61,887 bases of DNA from Candidatus Omnitrophota bacterium (GCA_043809145.1 JAZDED010000024.1:1-61887), one strand, 5' to 3'; shown: positions 31,492 to 41,592, counted from the first letter of the stretch. Numbers and translations are program-made. The notes: a model not told the origin generated them from the sequence alone.

Positions 31492-31746
31492 ATAATCTTC
31501 TCTCATCTGGACTATAGAGCAGAAATCACAACAAAAAACTCTGTGTATTTTCTACGCTGCCATCGGCTCTGGAATTTCGCCAGATCATACTTCGCATCAT
31601 ACATACTTCACCCAACGCAAATGTGGAATTGCGCTGGTGTTCGCTTGTGCGAAGCTCGCGGGCTTTTCACCTGGCGTTATTACAAACGCCGGTGTGCGCT
31701 TGTGCGCAACCGCCGGTAAGGAATTTCACCTAACCCCGAAGATTGT
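31492..31746 (-). ncRNA. FMN riboswitch (RFN element) with three large insertions
   Basis: Minus-strand core motifs ATCTTCGGGG..GGTGAAATTCC..ACCGGCGGT, AGCCCGCGA, GATCTGGCGAAATTCCAGAGCCGA, AGTCCAGATGAGAGAAGA; upstream of ribBA. Confidence 0.93.
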
Positions 31747-31751
31747 TTAAA

Positions 31752-31779
31752 AGTATACCATAAATTAATGCCTTGTCAA
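31752..31779 (-). promoter_or_regulatory. rib operon sigma70 promoter
   Basis: TTGACA-16 bp-TATACT with TG extension, ending about 6 nt before the aptamer. Confidence 0.65.
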
Positions 31780-31809
31780 CATAATTAAAAGACACTATAA
31801 TATTCAATT

Positions 31810-32301
31810 ATGCAACATATTGCCAGACAAATAAATAAGCTCCTAATAAAAAAGAATAAAACAGTCGCGGTTGCCGAATCTTGCACCGGAGGTCTAATCT
31901 CATATTTACTGACTTCTATAAGCGGAAGCTCTACTTTCTTTTTGTTAGGCCTGGTCACCTACTCAAACGCTGCCAAAACAAAACTCCTAAACATCCCCTC
32001 CTCTATTATCCTAAAAAACGGGGCCGTCTCTAAAGTTGTAGCTAACCTTATGGCGCAGCGGATCCAGAAAATATCCGGGTCTGATATAGGAATAGGCATA
32101 TCCGGCATTGCAGGACCCAGCGGAGGTACGCCCCAAAAACCTGTAGGAACGATATATATTAGTATAGTTGGTAAAAAAAAGGCGATTAACCGCAGATTTA
32201 TATTTAAAGGAAACCGTAGGCAAATCAGAAAACTTGCCGCAATTAAGGCTTTACAAATCCTAATGACGGTCCTAGTCCATTCTCAGAAATATACCTATTA
32301 A
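31810..32301 (+). CDS. CinA C-terminal domain protein / NMN amidohydrolase (PncC-like)
   Basis: AESCTGG, SGSS, YSN..K, GAVS, GIAGP.GG...KPVG. Confidence 0.92.
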   Translation: MQHIARQINKLLIKKNKTVAVAESCTGGLISYLLTSISGSSTFFLLGLVTYSNAAKTKLLNIPSSIILKNGAVSKVVANLMAQRIQKISGSDIGIGISGIAGPSGGTPQKPVGTIYISIVGKKKAINRRFIFKGNRRQIRKLAAIKALQILMTVLVHSQKYTY

Positions 32302-32310
32302 TAATTAATA

Positions 32311-32387
32311 GGGACAGCGACTATTTTTTAATTAAGAAACACCGGCCACATCATCTATAATTACTCTGGAAAAAATAGTCGCTGTCC
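32311..32387. repeat. REP-like inverted-repeat element, copy 1
   Basis: 18-bp perfect arms GGACAGCGACTATTTTTT/AAAAAATAGTCGCTGTCC; related copy at 44094-44155. Confidence 0.85.
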
Positions 32388-32397
32388 GTAATTGAAT

Positions 32398-32495
32398 CTC
32401 CCCGGACTAAAGTCCTGGGATTCATCCCGAGCAGAAAAAGCACAATTCCATTCATCCTACGGGCTAAAGCCCGGGGATTTCTGCGAGGGATTAAA
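32398..32495. mobile_element. Non-autonomous IS200/IS605-type miniature element (PATE-like)
   Basis: Two CTAAAG-capped imperfect hairpins (CCCCGGACTAAAGTCCTGGG; CCTACGGGCTAAAGCCCGGGG) and repeated ATTCATCC, resembling IS200/IS605 ends; no transposase. Confidence 0.6.
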
Positions 32496-32497
32496 TT

Positions 32498-33058
32498 ATG
32501 CGGACATTTATTGCTGTCGAACTTCCACAAAATATCCAAGAATACCTGGCTCAGGTTCAAGAGAGATTTAAATCGTCCGGAGCAGATATTAAATGGGTTA
32601 AGCCCGATAATTGCCACCTTACACTAAAATTCCTGGGAGAAACCGATTTAACCACCATGGATAGAATCATTTACGTAATGGAAAAAGTAGTTGATAAATA
32701 TGCATACTTTATGGCGCAGACCTCCGGGCTAGGCGCATTCGGCGGCCTTAACTCTCCACGAATTATTTGGATAGGTATTGGGCGCGGAGCACAAGTAGTT
32801 GAACTGATCCAGAAAAAGTTGGATGAAGAATTAAACGCGATTGGAATTCCTGCGGAAACAAGACCATTTAGCTGTCACGTTAGTATAGGAAGAGTCAGGG
32901 GGAAGCTTAACCTAAGGAATTTAAGCGAAAAAATCAGGTATTCTACTTTAGAGCCACAACAATTTCGCGTTGAAAAAATTATCCTTTTTAAAAGCACTCT
33001 TACCCCTAAAGGGCCTATCTATGAACGCGTAAAAGTTGCCAGCCTTAAAGCCACTTGA
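32498..33058 (+). CDS. thpR: RNA 2',3'-cyclic phosphodiesterase
   Basis: MRTFIA, HLTLKFLG and HVS 2H motifs, S.L...GPIY. Confidence 0.93.
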   Translation: MRTFIAVELPQNIQEYLAQVQERFKSSGADIKWVKPDNCHLTLKFLGETDLTTMDRIIYVMEKVVDKYAYFMAQTSGLGAFGGLNSPRIIWIGIGRGAQVVELIQKKLDEELNAIGIPAETRPFSCHVSIGRVRGKLNLRNLSEKIRYSTLEPQQFRVEKIILFKSTLTPKGPIYERVKVASLKAT

Positions 33059-33486
33059 AGAACAATATTAGTGTAAATACCGGCTAGAATATCATCAGCC
33101 ATAACACCTAACCCTTTATTAAGCTTTTCCAATTTAGGAATAGGGTAAGGCTTAATAGCATCAAATAGCCTGAAAAGCATAAAAGCAGCTATAATATTTA
33201 TATAAGATACCGGTATAAATATAAGGCTAAGCAGCATTCCACATACTTCATCAATAACAATACGCGGAGAATCTTTTTGCTTAAAGATAGCTTCGGCCCT
33301 GGAAGAAGATTTTAACCCCACTGCTAAAAGCCCCAAAAGGACAATCGGATAAACTATCCCGCTATCTTTAATAGGTATATAAACAGCTATTCCGGCTAAA
33401 CTGCCGAATGTTCCGGGTATAAAGGGAAAATAACCCACAAAAAAGAAAGTACTTAAGACCTTATAAATAAAGTTTGCGCTCTTCAT
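33019..33486 (-). CDS. pgpA: Phosphatidylglycerophosphatase A
   Basis: PGTFGS, IVIDEV.G, FRLFD..KP.PI, MADDILAG. Confidence 0.95.
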   Translation of the reverse strand: MKSANFIYKVLSTFFFVGYFPFIPGTFGSLAGIAVYIPIKDSGIVYPIVLLGLLAVGLKSSSRAEAIFKQKDSPRIVIDEVCGMLLSLIFIPVSYINIIAAFMLFRLFDAIKPYPIPKLEKLNKGLGVMADDILAGIYTNIVLQVALRLATFTRS

Positions 33487-33494
33487 AAAGGAGA

Positions 33495-34073
33495 TTAAAC
33501 CTTAGTAATGACTTTGCGGTTATCCCAGAGGTATTGCAAACCCGAATACAAGGTCAGCCCTACAGTAACAAGCATTAGTAAGAATATACTGTTACGGAAA
33601 TATTTCTCAAGGGTAGGATTCCAGGTAGAATAGACCAGGCGCACCTCTTTTAAAACCACAAAACCTAGAATATAAAAGATGACCGCCATTTGTGAAGCAG
33701 TTTTATGTTTGCCAGCTTTAGCTGCAGACAGGACTTTGCCTTTATTCAATGCAAAAAGCCGTAAAGACGTTATCAAAATTTCCCTGGCTACGATAATTAC
33801 AAACATCCAGGCCTCAATCAAGCCCAGTTGTACAAAGGCCGCGAATGCTGCCAGGACTAATATTTTATCCGCTATCGGATCCATCAGCTTTCCAAAATCG
33901 GTGATTTGATTCTTCTTCTTGGCAATTCTACCGTCAAGTATATCAGAGAGGGCTGCGCATGAAAATATAACTAAACTAGCAACTTTAGCCCAGAGCCCGG
34001 ATAGAGATAAAGAAAACATAAAAACAAATGTAAAAACAACCCTGAGCATAGTAATGCGATTGGCTAAATTCAT
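33495..34073 (-). CDS. pgsA: Phosphatidylglycerophosphate synthase
   Basis: D..DG.IA...GKLMDPIADK CDP-alcohol phosphotransferase motif. Confidence 0.93.
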   Translation of the reverse strand: MNLANRITMLRVVFTFVFMFSLSLSGLWAKVASLVIFSCAALSDILDGRIAKKKNQITDFGKLMDPIADKILVLAAFAAFVQLGLIEAWMFVIIVAREILITSLRLFALNKGKVLSAAKAGKHKTASQMAVIFYILGFVVLKEVRLVYSTWNPTLEKYFRNSIFLLMLVTVGLTLYSGLQYLWDNRKVITKV

Positions 34074-34091
34074 GTTTTGCTCCTTTAGAAT

Positions 34092-35339
34092 TTATATTAC
34101 GCGGCCCACCAAATCATATTCCAGGCAATCTCTAACTTCTACCCTGACCAAATCCCCCACTTTTAGCTTGTGCCCGGACTGTACATAAACCAATCCGTCA
34201 ACTTCAGGCGCATCAAACCGGCTGCGAGCTATATAATCCCCATTTTTTACTTCATCAATGATTACATCGATAATCTTGCCAAGAAATCGTGAATTAACTT
34301 CGTTAGATACATCCTGCTGAACAGACATAATCTGGCTAAAACGCTCCTGCTTTAGCTTAGCCGAAACCTGCCCCGAAAAATCATAAGCCCTAGTCCCCTC
34401 TTCCCGAGAATAAATAAAAGCTCCAAGCCTATCAAATTTAACCTCTTTGATAAACGAGAGTAATTCCTGGAATTCTTTTTTACTCTCAGAAGGAAACCCT
34501 ACGATTAACGAAGTCCTGATAGCCACATGTGGAATAATCTTTCTGATTTTATCAATAAGCTCGCAAATTAATTTTCTTGAAGTCTTGCGGTTCATCATCT
34601 TTAATATGCGATTATTAATGTGCTGAATAGGAAGATCAACATATTTACATATGCGTTCCTCATCGCGGATCAACTCTAAAAGCTCTGTATCCACCCTTTC
34701 TGGATTTAGATATAACAAGCGAATCCAAGGAATATTTTTAACCTTAATCAATATCTTCCGGATTAACTCCGCAAGCCTTAACTTTCCGTATAAATCCAAC
34801 CCGTATCCGGTAATATCCTGGCCGATAATGTTTAACTCGCGCACGCCCTGGTTATCCAGCAACGAAGCGCGGTTAATCGCAGAACGCATTTGGATACTGG
34901 AAAATTTACCTTTTATCTTGGGAATAATACAATAACTGCAATTATTAATGCAGCTTTCACATATTTTAAGGTAAGCATAATGCCGAGGAGTCAAAGCATA
35001 CCTTACCGGAGAATGGTTTAAAGTAACCCTACCCACCAGAGCATCAATTTCGGGAAGCTCTTTTTTCAACTCCTTGCTGTATCGCTCCACCAAGCAACCA
35101 TAAACAATTATTTTCTTCAGCCTACCATTTTCCTTCAGGCTGATTAAATCCATTATCGCTTCGATTGATTCTTCTTTAGCCTCTTGAATAAACCCGCAGG
35201 TATTAACAATTCCTATCTCGGCATCCTGCATATCCGTAATCTTATGGCCCTTAAGATCTAAACTAGCAAGAATATTTTCTGAATCTACAAGATTACGTGG
35301 ACATCCCAGACTTAGAATTCCAACATTTTTAGGCTTCAT
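34092..35339 (-). CDS. rimO: Ribosomal protein S12 methylthiotransferase
   Basis: SLGCPRNLVDSE, NTCGFI, C.NNCSYC, DAPEVDG, TRAM domain. Confidence 0.92.
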   Translation of the reverse strand: MKPKNVGILSLGCPRNLVDSENILASLDLKGHKITDMQDAEIGIVNTCGFIQEAKEESIEAIMDLISLKENGRLKKIIVYGCLVERYSKELKKELPEIDALVGRVTLNHSPVRYALTPRHYAYLKICESCINNCSYCIIPKIKGKFSSIQMRSAINRASLLDNQGVRELNIIGQDITGYGLDLYGKLRLAELIRKILIKVKNIPWIRLLYLNPERVDTELLELIRDEERICKYVDLPIQHINNRILKMMNRKTSRKLICELIDKIRKIIPHVAIRTSLIVGFPSESKKEFQELLSFIKEVKFDRLGAFIYSREEGTRAYDFSGQVSAKLKQERFSQIMSVQQDVSNEVNSRFLGKIIDVIIDEVKNGDYIARSRFDAPEVDGLVYVQSGHKLKVGDLVRVEVRDCLEYDLVGRVI

Positions 35340-36154
35340 CGAGAAACCTTCAAACCATCTTTGGTTATAATAATACCTTTAATCACCTGCCCTCTCTTGC
35401 CTAGAGACTGCAATGTTTCGCCATTAACCTCCAAACTAACTCCACCGGCATTACCCAGCGAAAGTTCTATTTTTTCCCTGGCCTGCCAGCTCTCAAAGGT
35501 ATCTTTTTTGAGGATATTCCTTAAAATAAGCGAACCATCAATTCTTAATTCCACGTAACAATCTTCCTTAACCCGCATACCGAGCCTGATTCCGGATACA
35601 GTTTTTAGCGTTTGAGGCGTTACAAAAGCTTCCTTAGGCTTAACCGCAGACATTGTTCCGGATGATTTCCTGACAACTTTTTTTAAAGTCTTTTTAGGAA
35701 TAGGATTCTGCGTTTTTTGAATAACTTCCCGGGTTGATGATGAAATACGAATCTTCTTTAGTCCTATCTTTACCGTAAAAAATAAAAGTATTACAATAAC
35801 TAACACAGCTAAAAAAACAAAAATCTTCTTTAGTTTCTTTGGCCTACCCAGCCCGGCTATCTTAATATTGGTTCCCTCGCTAGGTAGGGCTTTTCTCCCT
35901 GACCCCTCCTCGGGAATATAAATTTTTGTAGGATTATCCTTGTAATCCGGAATAAAATCCTTAGTATTAAGCCCAAGATAGTTACAGTAGATCTTAATAA
36001 ACCCTTTAATGTATACCGGATTAACATTTAGAAAACTATCCGATTCAATGGCCTGTAGGATATTTAAATGAATCTTAGTCCCCTTCTGCACATCGTTGAG
36101 GCTCAAACCTCGTTGCAGGCGTATTTTCTTTAATTGGGAGCCAACCTGTTCCAT
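35336..36154 (-). CDS. rodZ: RodZ-like protein (HTH, TM, periplasmic domain)
   Basis: N-terminal HTH with YIKGFIK.YC.YLGL, one TM, C-terminal GNAGGV. Confidence 0.82.
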   Translation of the reverse strand: MEQVGSQLKKIRLQRGLSLNDVQKGTKIHLNILQAIESDSFLNVNPVYIKGFIKIYCNYLGLNTKDFIPDYKDNPTKIYIPEEGSGRKALPSEGTNIKIAGLGRPKKLKKIFVFLAVLVIVILLFFTVKIGLKKIRISSSTREVIQKTQNPIPKKTLKKVVRKSSGTMSAVKPKEAFVTPQTLKTVSGIRLGMRVKEDCYVELRIDGSLILRNILKKDTFESWQAREKIELSLGNAGGVSLEVNGETLQSLGKRGQVIKGIIITKDGLKVSR

Positions 36155-36157
36155 TGT

Positions 36158-38338
36158 CTACTCTCCTTTTACAATATCTTTTTCCAACCAGGCCTTACGG
36201 TCAACCAGAATTTTACGTGGCTTGCTACCTTCAAAAGGCCCAACCAAACCTTCCTGCTCCATAACATCAATGATCCTGGCGGCGCGGGTATAACCTAAGC
36301 GCATCCGGCGCTGCAAAATAGAAACCGAAGCCTGATTACTCTCCATAATAATACATACTGCTTCATCATAAAGATCGTCCTTCTCCCCGTTTGACAAAAC
36401 CGAATGCTGCTGTTCCTTAAGTATCTTATCGTTATAAACCGGTTCAGCCTGAGTCTTTATAAAATCCACTACCCTCTCTATTTCATTATCCATAACCAGG
36501 GTAGCTTGAGCGCGCAAGAGTTTAGCATCCTGAGGCTTCAAAAAAAGCATGTCTCCTTTGCCTAAAAGCTTATCTGCTCCATTCATATCCAAAACAGTCC
36601 GGGAATCCACCTTGGAGGCAACCTTAAAAGATATCCTTGCCGGCAAATTTGCCTTAATAACACCGGTAATTACGTTTACCGAAGGCCTCTGAGTAGCCAA
36701 TATCAGATGGATTCCTACTGCGCGCGATAACTGCGCCAGCCGGGTAATGGCGCTCTCCACCTGTTCACGAACAATCATCATAAGGTCAGCAAACTCATCA
36801 ATAATTACTACAATGTAAGGCAGAAGTTCTTTTTTCTGGTTATAGGCCTCAATGTTACGCACGCCAAGTTCTGCCAAAAGCCTATAGCGCTCCTCCATTT
36901 CATTAACCACCCAATTCAGGGCAACCGCGGCCTTTTTGGCTTCAGTGACTACCGGGCATAATAAATGCGGCAGTCCGTTAAAAGGCGCTAATTCAACCAT
37001 CTTAGGGTCAATCATCAGGAATTTAAGTTCATCAGGGCTAGCTTTGTACAATAATGAAACAATGAGAGAATTAACACAAACAGTCTTTCCGGAACCGGTT
37101 GTGCCTGCTATCAAAAGATGCGGCATCTGTCCTAAATCTGCAATGACTGCCTGCCCGGAGATATCCTTACCTAATGTCAGAGGAAGTTTAGCGTCTGATT
37201 TCTGGAACTCCTGGGATGCTAAGACCTCTTTTAAGTAAACAAAGGTGCTCTGCGAATTCGGAACCTCTACCCCCACCTTACCTTTTCCCGGAATAGGGGC
37301 AACGATTCTTACTGACTGGGCTTTCATTGCCAAAGCAATATCATCATTCAATGCTACAATACGGTTTAACTTTACTCCCGGAGCAGGCTCTAATTCGTAA
37401 CGGGTGATATTCGGGCCGCGCTCAATGTCCGTAACTTTCACCGATATATTAAAATCTCCCAGCGTATCCTCTAAAATTCTTGCATTATTAGCTAAATCAT
37501 CTTTTATCTGCCTGGCCTCCAAAGGAGGCGGCGAATCCAATAGATCCAATGAAGGAAGCTGATAGGTTCCGGACTTCAGATTAACAGTCTTGGGCTTTGA
37601 ATCAACAATCTCCTTAGGTTCCTGGCTTTTTATGTTAACTTTGGATTTAAAAAGCGGAATCTCCAGTTTAAATTTTTCTTTCAAAACAGGCTCTTCATTA
37701 TTTATTTTAGGCGACCTTGCCATATTTTTTTCTCTATCCACGATAAAAGGCTTCTGTGTTTTCTTTCCCTTACTTAAGGGTCTCTTAAAGAAAGAGAATA
37801 ATCCTTCCCAAACCAACTGGAACCTTTCAATAATTCCTGAAGCTGCCGTGGACACTAATATTTCACTGGTTAGGGCAAAGGAGAGGATAATCAGGGTGAT
37901 GAACAATATATAACCACCGAGTTTACCGAAATAGATGGAGATAAAATTAGCGATATTAAAACCGAAGAATCCGGCGTAGCGAAAACTGACAGCGCCAGCC
38001 AGGGGTAGAATTCCCACCAGCGAGCTTGCCGATAAAACCAAAATTGCAATACCGATTATCTTAGGAATGCTAAAATACGGACTCTTCTGCCTGAACAGGT
38101 TCATCCCCAGCCACAATACAAAAAAGGGAAGGATAAAACTGGCCTGACCGAATAAGAAAATACTTATTCCGGACGAATAAGCGCCGAAAGAGCGAATAAG
38201 ATTCTTGGGCGGGTTATTAGGATGTGAGGTGTAAAAGGAAAGGTCGTAAGGTGTATAAGAGATAAGGCTGGCTAAAAAAATTAGCCCGGCTGCAATTAAT
38301 ATGACACCTTTAATCTCATTTATTCTTTTCTCTTTCAC
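36158..38338 (-). CDS. ftsK: DNA translocase FtsK
   Basis: N-terminal TMs, GTTGSGKT, DEFADLM, ATQRPS, gamma domain GYTRAARIID. Confidence 0.96.
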   Translation of the reverse strand: MKEKRINEIKGVILIAAGLIFLASLISYTPYDLSFYTSHPNNPPKNLIRSFGAYSSGISIFLFGQASFILPFFVLWLGMNLFRQKSPYFSIPKIIGIAILVLSASSLVGILPLAGAVSFRYAGFFGFNIANFISIYFGKLGGYILFITLIILSFALTSEILVSTAASGIIERFQLVWEGLFSFFKRPLSKGKKTQKPFIVDREKNMARSPKINNEEPVLKEKFKLEIPLFKSKVNIKSQEPKEIVDSKPKTVNLKSGTYQLPSLDLLDSPPPLEARQIKDDLANNARILEDTLGDFNISVKVTDIERGPNITRYELEPAPGVKLNRIVALNDDIALAMKAQSVRIVAPIPGKGKVGVEVPNSQSTFVYLKEVLASQEFQKSDAKLPLTLGKDISGQAVIADLGQMPHLLIAGTTGSGKTVCVNSLIVSLLYKASPDELKFLMIDPKMVELAPFNGLPHLLCPVVTEAKKAAVALNWVVNEMEERYRLLAELGVRNIEAYNQKKELLPYIVVIIDEFADLMMIVREQVESAITRLAQLSRAVGIHLILATQRPSVNVITGVIKANLPARISFKVASKVDSRTVLDMNGADKLLGKGDMLFLKPQDAKLLRAQATLVMDNEIERVVDFIKTQAEPVYNDKILKEQQHSVLSNGEKDDLYDEAVCIIMESNQASVSILQRRMRLGYTRAARIIDVMEQEGLVGPFEGSKPRKILVDRKAWLEKDIVKGE

Positions 38339-40421
38339 TCTTATTATCTTCTTCTACTTTCTTCTTGCTTAAATTAATTCTGCCTAACTCATCTACGCCG
38401 ATTACCTTAACCTTGATTTCATCTCCAAGCTTGACTACCTCATCAACGCTCTTTACAAAATGATCCGACAATTCCGAAACATGCACCAGCCCTTCTTTGC
38501 CGGGAGCTATTTCACAAAAGGCCCCGAAGTTGGTGATTCTTTTTACCTTAGAATTATAGATTTTACCCACGACCACGTCATCGGTTATTGCCCGAATCAT
38601 CTCAATGGCAGCCTGGGATTTATCGGCTTCGTTAGAAGCAATTAATACCGTCCCGTCGTCTTCTATATCTATAGTAGCCCCGGTCTGGGCAATAATCTTC
38701 TTAATAGTTTTGCCTCCCGGGCCAATTAAGCCACCGATCTTCTCGGTGTCAATTTTAAGCGTCTCAATCCTGGGAGCATAACTCGAAAGCTCTTGCCGAG
38801 GAGCTTGAATCACAGCTTTAATTTTTTCTAGAATATACAACCTGGCTTCTTTAGACTGTTCAAGGCACTGCTTCAGCAATTCTAAATCAATACCCCGGAT
38901 TTTTAAATCCATCTGCACAGCGGTAATTCCGGAAACCGTACCGGCAACCTTAAAATCCATATCTCCGTAATGATCCTCTACTCCGGCAATGTCAGTAAGC
39001 ACTACCGACTTATGGGTATCTTTCACCAATCCCAATGCTACCCCTGCTACCACACCCTTAATAGGTACCCCGGCATCCATAAGTGAAAGACTGGACGCGC
39101 AAACAGTAGCCATACTTGAGGAACCATTTGATTCCAGGATTTCAGAAACAACCCTTATGGTGTAAGGAAAATCTTCTTTGCTTGGCATAACCGGCAATAG
39201 GGCCCGTTCAGCCAGGACGCCATGACCAATCTCTCTTCTACCCGGACCGCGCATAGGTGAAACCTCTCCCACACTAAAAGGAGGAAAACTGTAATGCAGC
39301 ATAAATGTCTTATATCTCTCAGCCTCCAACCCCTCAATAAGCTGCTCGTCATCACCTGTTCCCAGGGTAGTCACAGCCAAGCTTTGAGTCTGGCCTCGAG
39401 TAAACAATCCCGAACCATGAGTGCGCGGCAGAACCGCAATCTCGCAGGATATAGAACGAATATCCTTAAAACCCCTGCCGTCTATGCGCGTCTGCTCATC
39501 GAGTATCTTCTTTCTTACCAGGCTTTTTTCTACTTCTTCAAAAGCCTTTTTAATCTGCTTGGCATCTAACCCATCAGCTGTAAACTTTTCTACTAGCTCT
39601 TTTACTAAAAAAGCGATTTCCTGCTCCCGCCCTTCTTTTTTTCCAATAGAATAAATAGTATTAAGTTTATCCCGAGATGCCTGTTCAATCTTTTTTAGCA
39701 GTTGGGGCTCGGTATTTTTTAAAGACACCTCAGCTTTTACCTTGCCGCACGTTTTAGCAAACTCTGTTTGAAAATGGATAATTTCCTGAAGGCTATCATG
39801 CCCGAATTTGACCGCCTGTAAGAAAACTTCTTCAGATAATTGCTTAACTTTGGATTCCAACATTACCACCCCGTCCGAATTTGCGGCAATTATCAAATCT
39901 AATTCTGAAGATTCTAGCTCTTTATAAGTAGGATTAATAATGAAATCTTCGCCAATCTTGCCTACGCGGCAACAGGCCAGAGGGCCATTAAAAGGAATAT
40001 CTGAAATAGAGAGAACTGCAGAAGCCCCTACAACCGCGATAACATCCGGGTCGTTCTCTCCGTCACTGGAGAGAACTATAGCCACAACCTGGACCTCATT
40101 ATAAAACCCTTCGGGAAATAGCGGCCTAATTGGCCTATCAATCAAGCGGGAGGTGAGTATTTCACTCTCAGAAGGCCTGCCTTCGCGCTTAAAGAATCCT
40201 CCGGGAATTCTTCCTGCGGCATAAGCCTTCTCCTGATATTCCACCATTAGAGGAAAGTAATCCTTGCCCTCCGGCGCTTCCTTAGACATGCATGCCGTAA
40301 CCAAAACAACCGTGCCGCCATAACGCACTACTACCGCGCCATTGGCCTGCTTGGCAATTTTTCCTGTTTCCAGGATTAAATCCTCTTTCCCAAATTTAAT
40401 AGTTCGAGTATATTTATCCAT
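38316..40421 (-). CDS. pnp: Polynucleotide phosphorylase
   Basis: GRIPGGFFKREGRP, FTRGQTQ, RREIGHG, SNGSSSMA, GDMDFKVAG, KH and S1 domains. Confidence 0.98.
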   Translation of the reverse strand: MDKYTRTIKFGKEDLILETGKIAKQANGAVVVRYGGTVVLVTACMSKEAPEGKDYFPLMVEYQEKAYAAGRIPGGFFKREGRPSESEILTSRLIDRPIRPLFPEGFYNEVQVVAIVLSSDGENDPDVIAVVGASAVLSISDIPFNGPLACCRVGKIGEDFIINPTYKELESSELDLIIAANSDGVVMLESKVKQLSEEVFLQAVKFGHDSLQEIIHFQTEFAKTCGKVKAEVSLKNTEPQLLKKIEQASRDKLNTIYSIGKKEGREQEIAFLVKELVEKFTADGLDAKQIKKAFEEVEKSLVRKKILDEQTRIDGRGFKDIRSISCEIAVLPRTHGSGLFTRGQTQSLAVTTLGTGDDEQLIEGLEAERYKTFMLHYSFPPFSVGEVSPMRGPGRREIGHGVLAERALLPVMPSKEDFPYTIRVVSEILESNGSSSMATVCASSLSLMDAGVPIKGVVAGVALGLVKDTHKSVVLTDIAGVEDHYGDMDFKVAGTVSGITAVQMDLKIRGIDLELLKQCLEQSKEARLYILEKIKAVIQAPRQELSSYAPRIETLKIDTEKIGGLIGPGGKTIKKIIAQTGATIDIEDDGTVLIASNEADKSQAAIEMIRAITDDVVVGKIYNSKVKRITNFGAFCEIAPGKEGLVHVSELSDHFVKSVDEVVKLGDEIKVKVIGVDELGRINLSKKKVEEDNKSEREKNK

Positions 40422-40476
40422 ACCTCTTCCTATGTTAATTATTGCTGATTGTTTTTGGCGAGGGACAAAGACGAAC

Positions 40477-40746
40477 CTATTTCCTAAGGTTTAATTTCTC
40501 CAAGACTTGCTCGTATTTCTTAACGTCTTTTTTCTTGAGATAATCTAGTAACCTGCGCCTCTTTCCCACCATGCACAATAGCCCTCTGCGGGAATTATGA
40601 TCTTTTTTATGGCTCTTAAAATGTCCAGTAAGCGAATTTATTCTTTCGGTTAAAAGGGCAATCTGAACCTCTGAAGAACCGGTATCTCTTGAATGCGTCT
40701 TGAAGCCTTCAATAATATTCTGTTTGTTTTTATTAGCTAAAGCCAA
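40477..40746 (-). CDS. rpsO: 30S ribosomal protein S15
   Basis: [24 protein letters not shown]; TTG start with AGGAGG RBS. Confidence 0.97.
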   Translation of the reverse strand: MALANKNKQNIIEGFKTHSRDTGSSEVQIALLTERINSLTGHFKSHKKDHNSRRGLLCMVGKRRRLLDYLKKKDVKKYEQVLEKLNLRK

Positions 40747-40823
40747 CCTACTTCACCTCCTTTATTTTCATATATTGTATCCTTTTTTTTTAGTAAGTCA
40801 ACAGTTTAGAAAAAAATATTAAT

Positions 40824-41585
40824 TTATACGGCTACCGGATTAGCAAGCCTGCCAAGGCCTTCTATTTCTACTTCAATAACATCGCCTACGCGCATTGGCC
40901 CGACCCCGGCAGGAGTGCCGGTAGAAATAATATCTCCAGGCAGAAGCGTCATTACCTGTGAAACAAAAGAAACAATCCTTCTTACCGGAAAAATAAAATT
41001 AGAAGTTGACGAATCCTGCATCAATAAGCCATTAAGATAAGACCTCACCTTGAGATTATCCGGATCGATCCCTGTGGTTAACCATGGCCCAAAGGGACAA
41101 AAAGTATCAAATGACTTTGACCGTGTCCACTGCCCGTCTTTTTTTTGGATATCCCTTGCCGTAACGTCATTCAGGCAACTAAATCCAAGAACATAATCCA
41201 AGGCGCGTGATTCGGGAACATGCTTAGCTTGTTTACCGATAACCAGAGCTAACTCCGCCTCGTAATCAAGCCTTCTGGCAATCTTAGGGTATAAAATTTT
41301 GCCTCCCATCCCAAGCAAGGCTGTTGAAGGCTTAAGAAATATAATCGGCTCACGCGGCAACTTCATTTTCAATTCTCGGGCGTGATCCTTATAGTTAAGA
41401 CCCACCAGGATAATTTTTGAAGGAATTGCTGGCGGAAGAGGCTTGATTTCATCCAGGGCAACTGTCTTATTTATCAAATAGCAATTTCTTTGAAAAGGAG
41501 TTGTTGTATATAAACGTATCCTCACTGGACTAATAAACTTACCCCAATATTCTTTTTTTCGGTAAATAAACCTTACTATACGCAT
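40824..41585 (-). CDS. Fumarylacetoacetate hydrolase family protein
   Basis: GLNY..H, DYEAEL, NDVTARD, KSFDTFCP, GDIISTGTP.GVG. Confidence 0.92.
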   Translation of the reverse strand: MRIVRFIYRKKEYWGKFISPVRIRLYTTTPFQRNCYLINKTVALDEIKPLPPAIPSKIILVGLNYKDHARELKMKLPREPIIFLKPSTALLGMGGKILYPKIARRLDYEAELALVIGKQAKHVPESRALDYVLGFSCLNDVTARDIQKKDGQWTRSKSFDTFCPFGPWLTTGIDPDNLKVRSYLNGLLMQDSSTSNFIFPVRRIVSFVSQVMTLLPGDIISTGTPAGVGPMRVGDVIEVEIEGLGRLANPVAV

Positions 41586-41592
41586 GGATTAT

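Noticed and set aside
32351-32617. ORF sharing DSDYFFQ.NYR with ORF 43996-44214, suggesting a small-protein family
   Set aside because: The shared peptide is just the translated inverted-repeat element; this ORF also overlaps thpR antisense.
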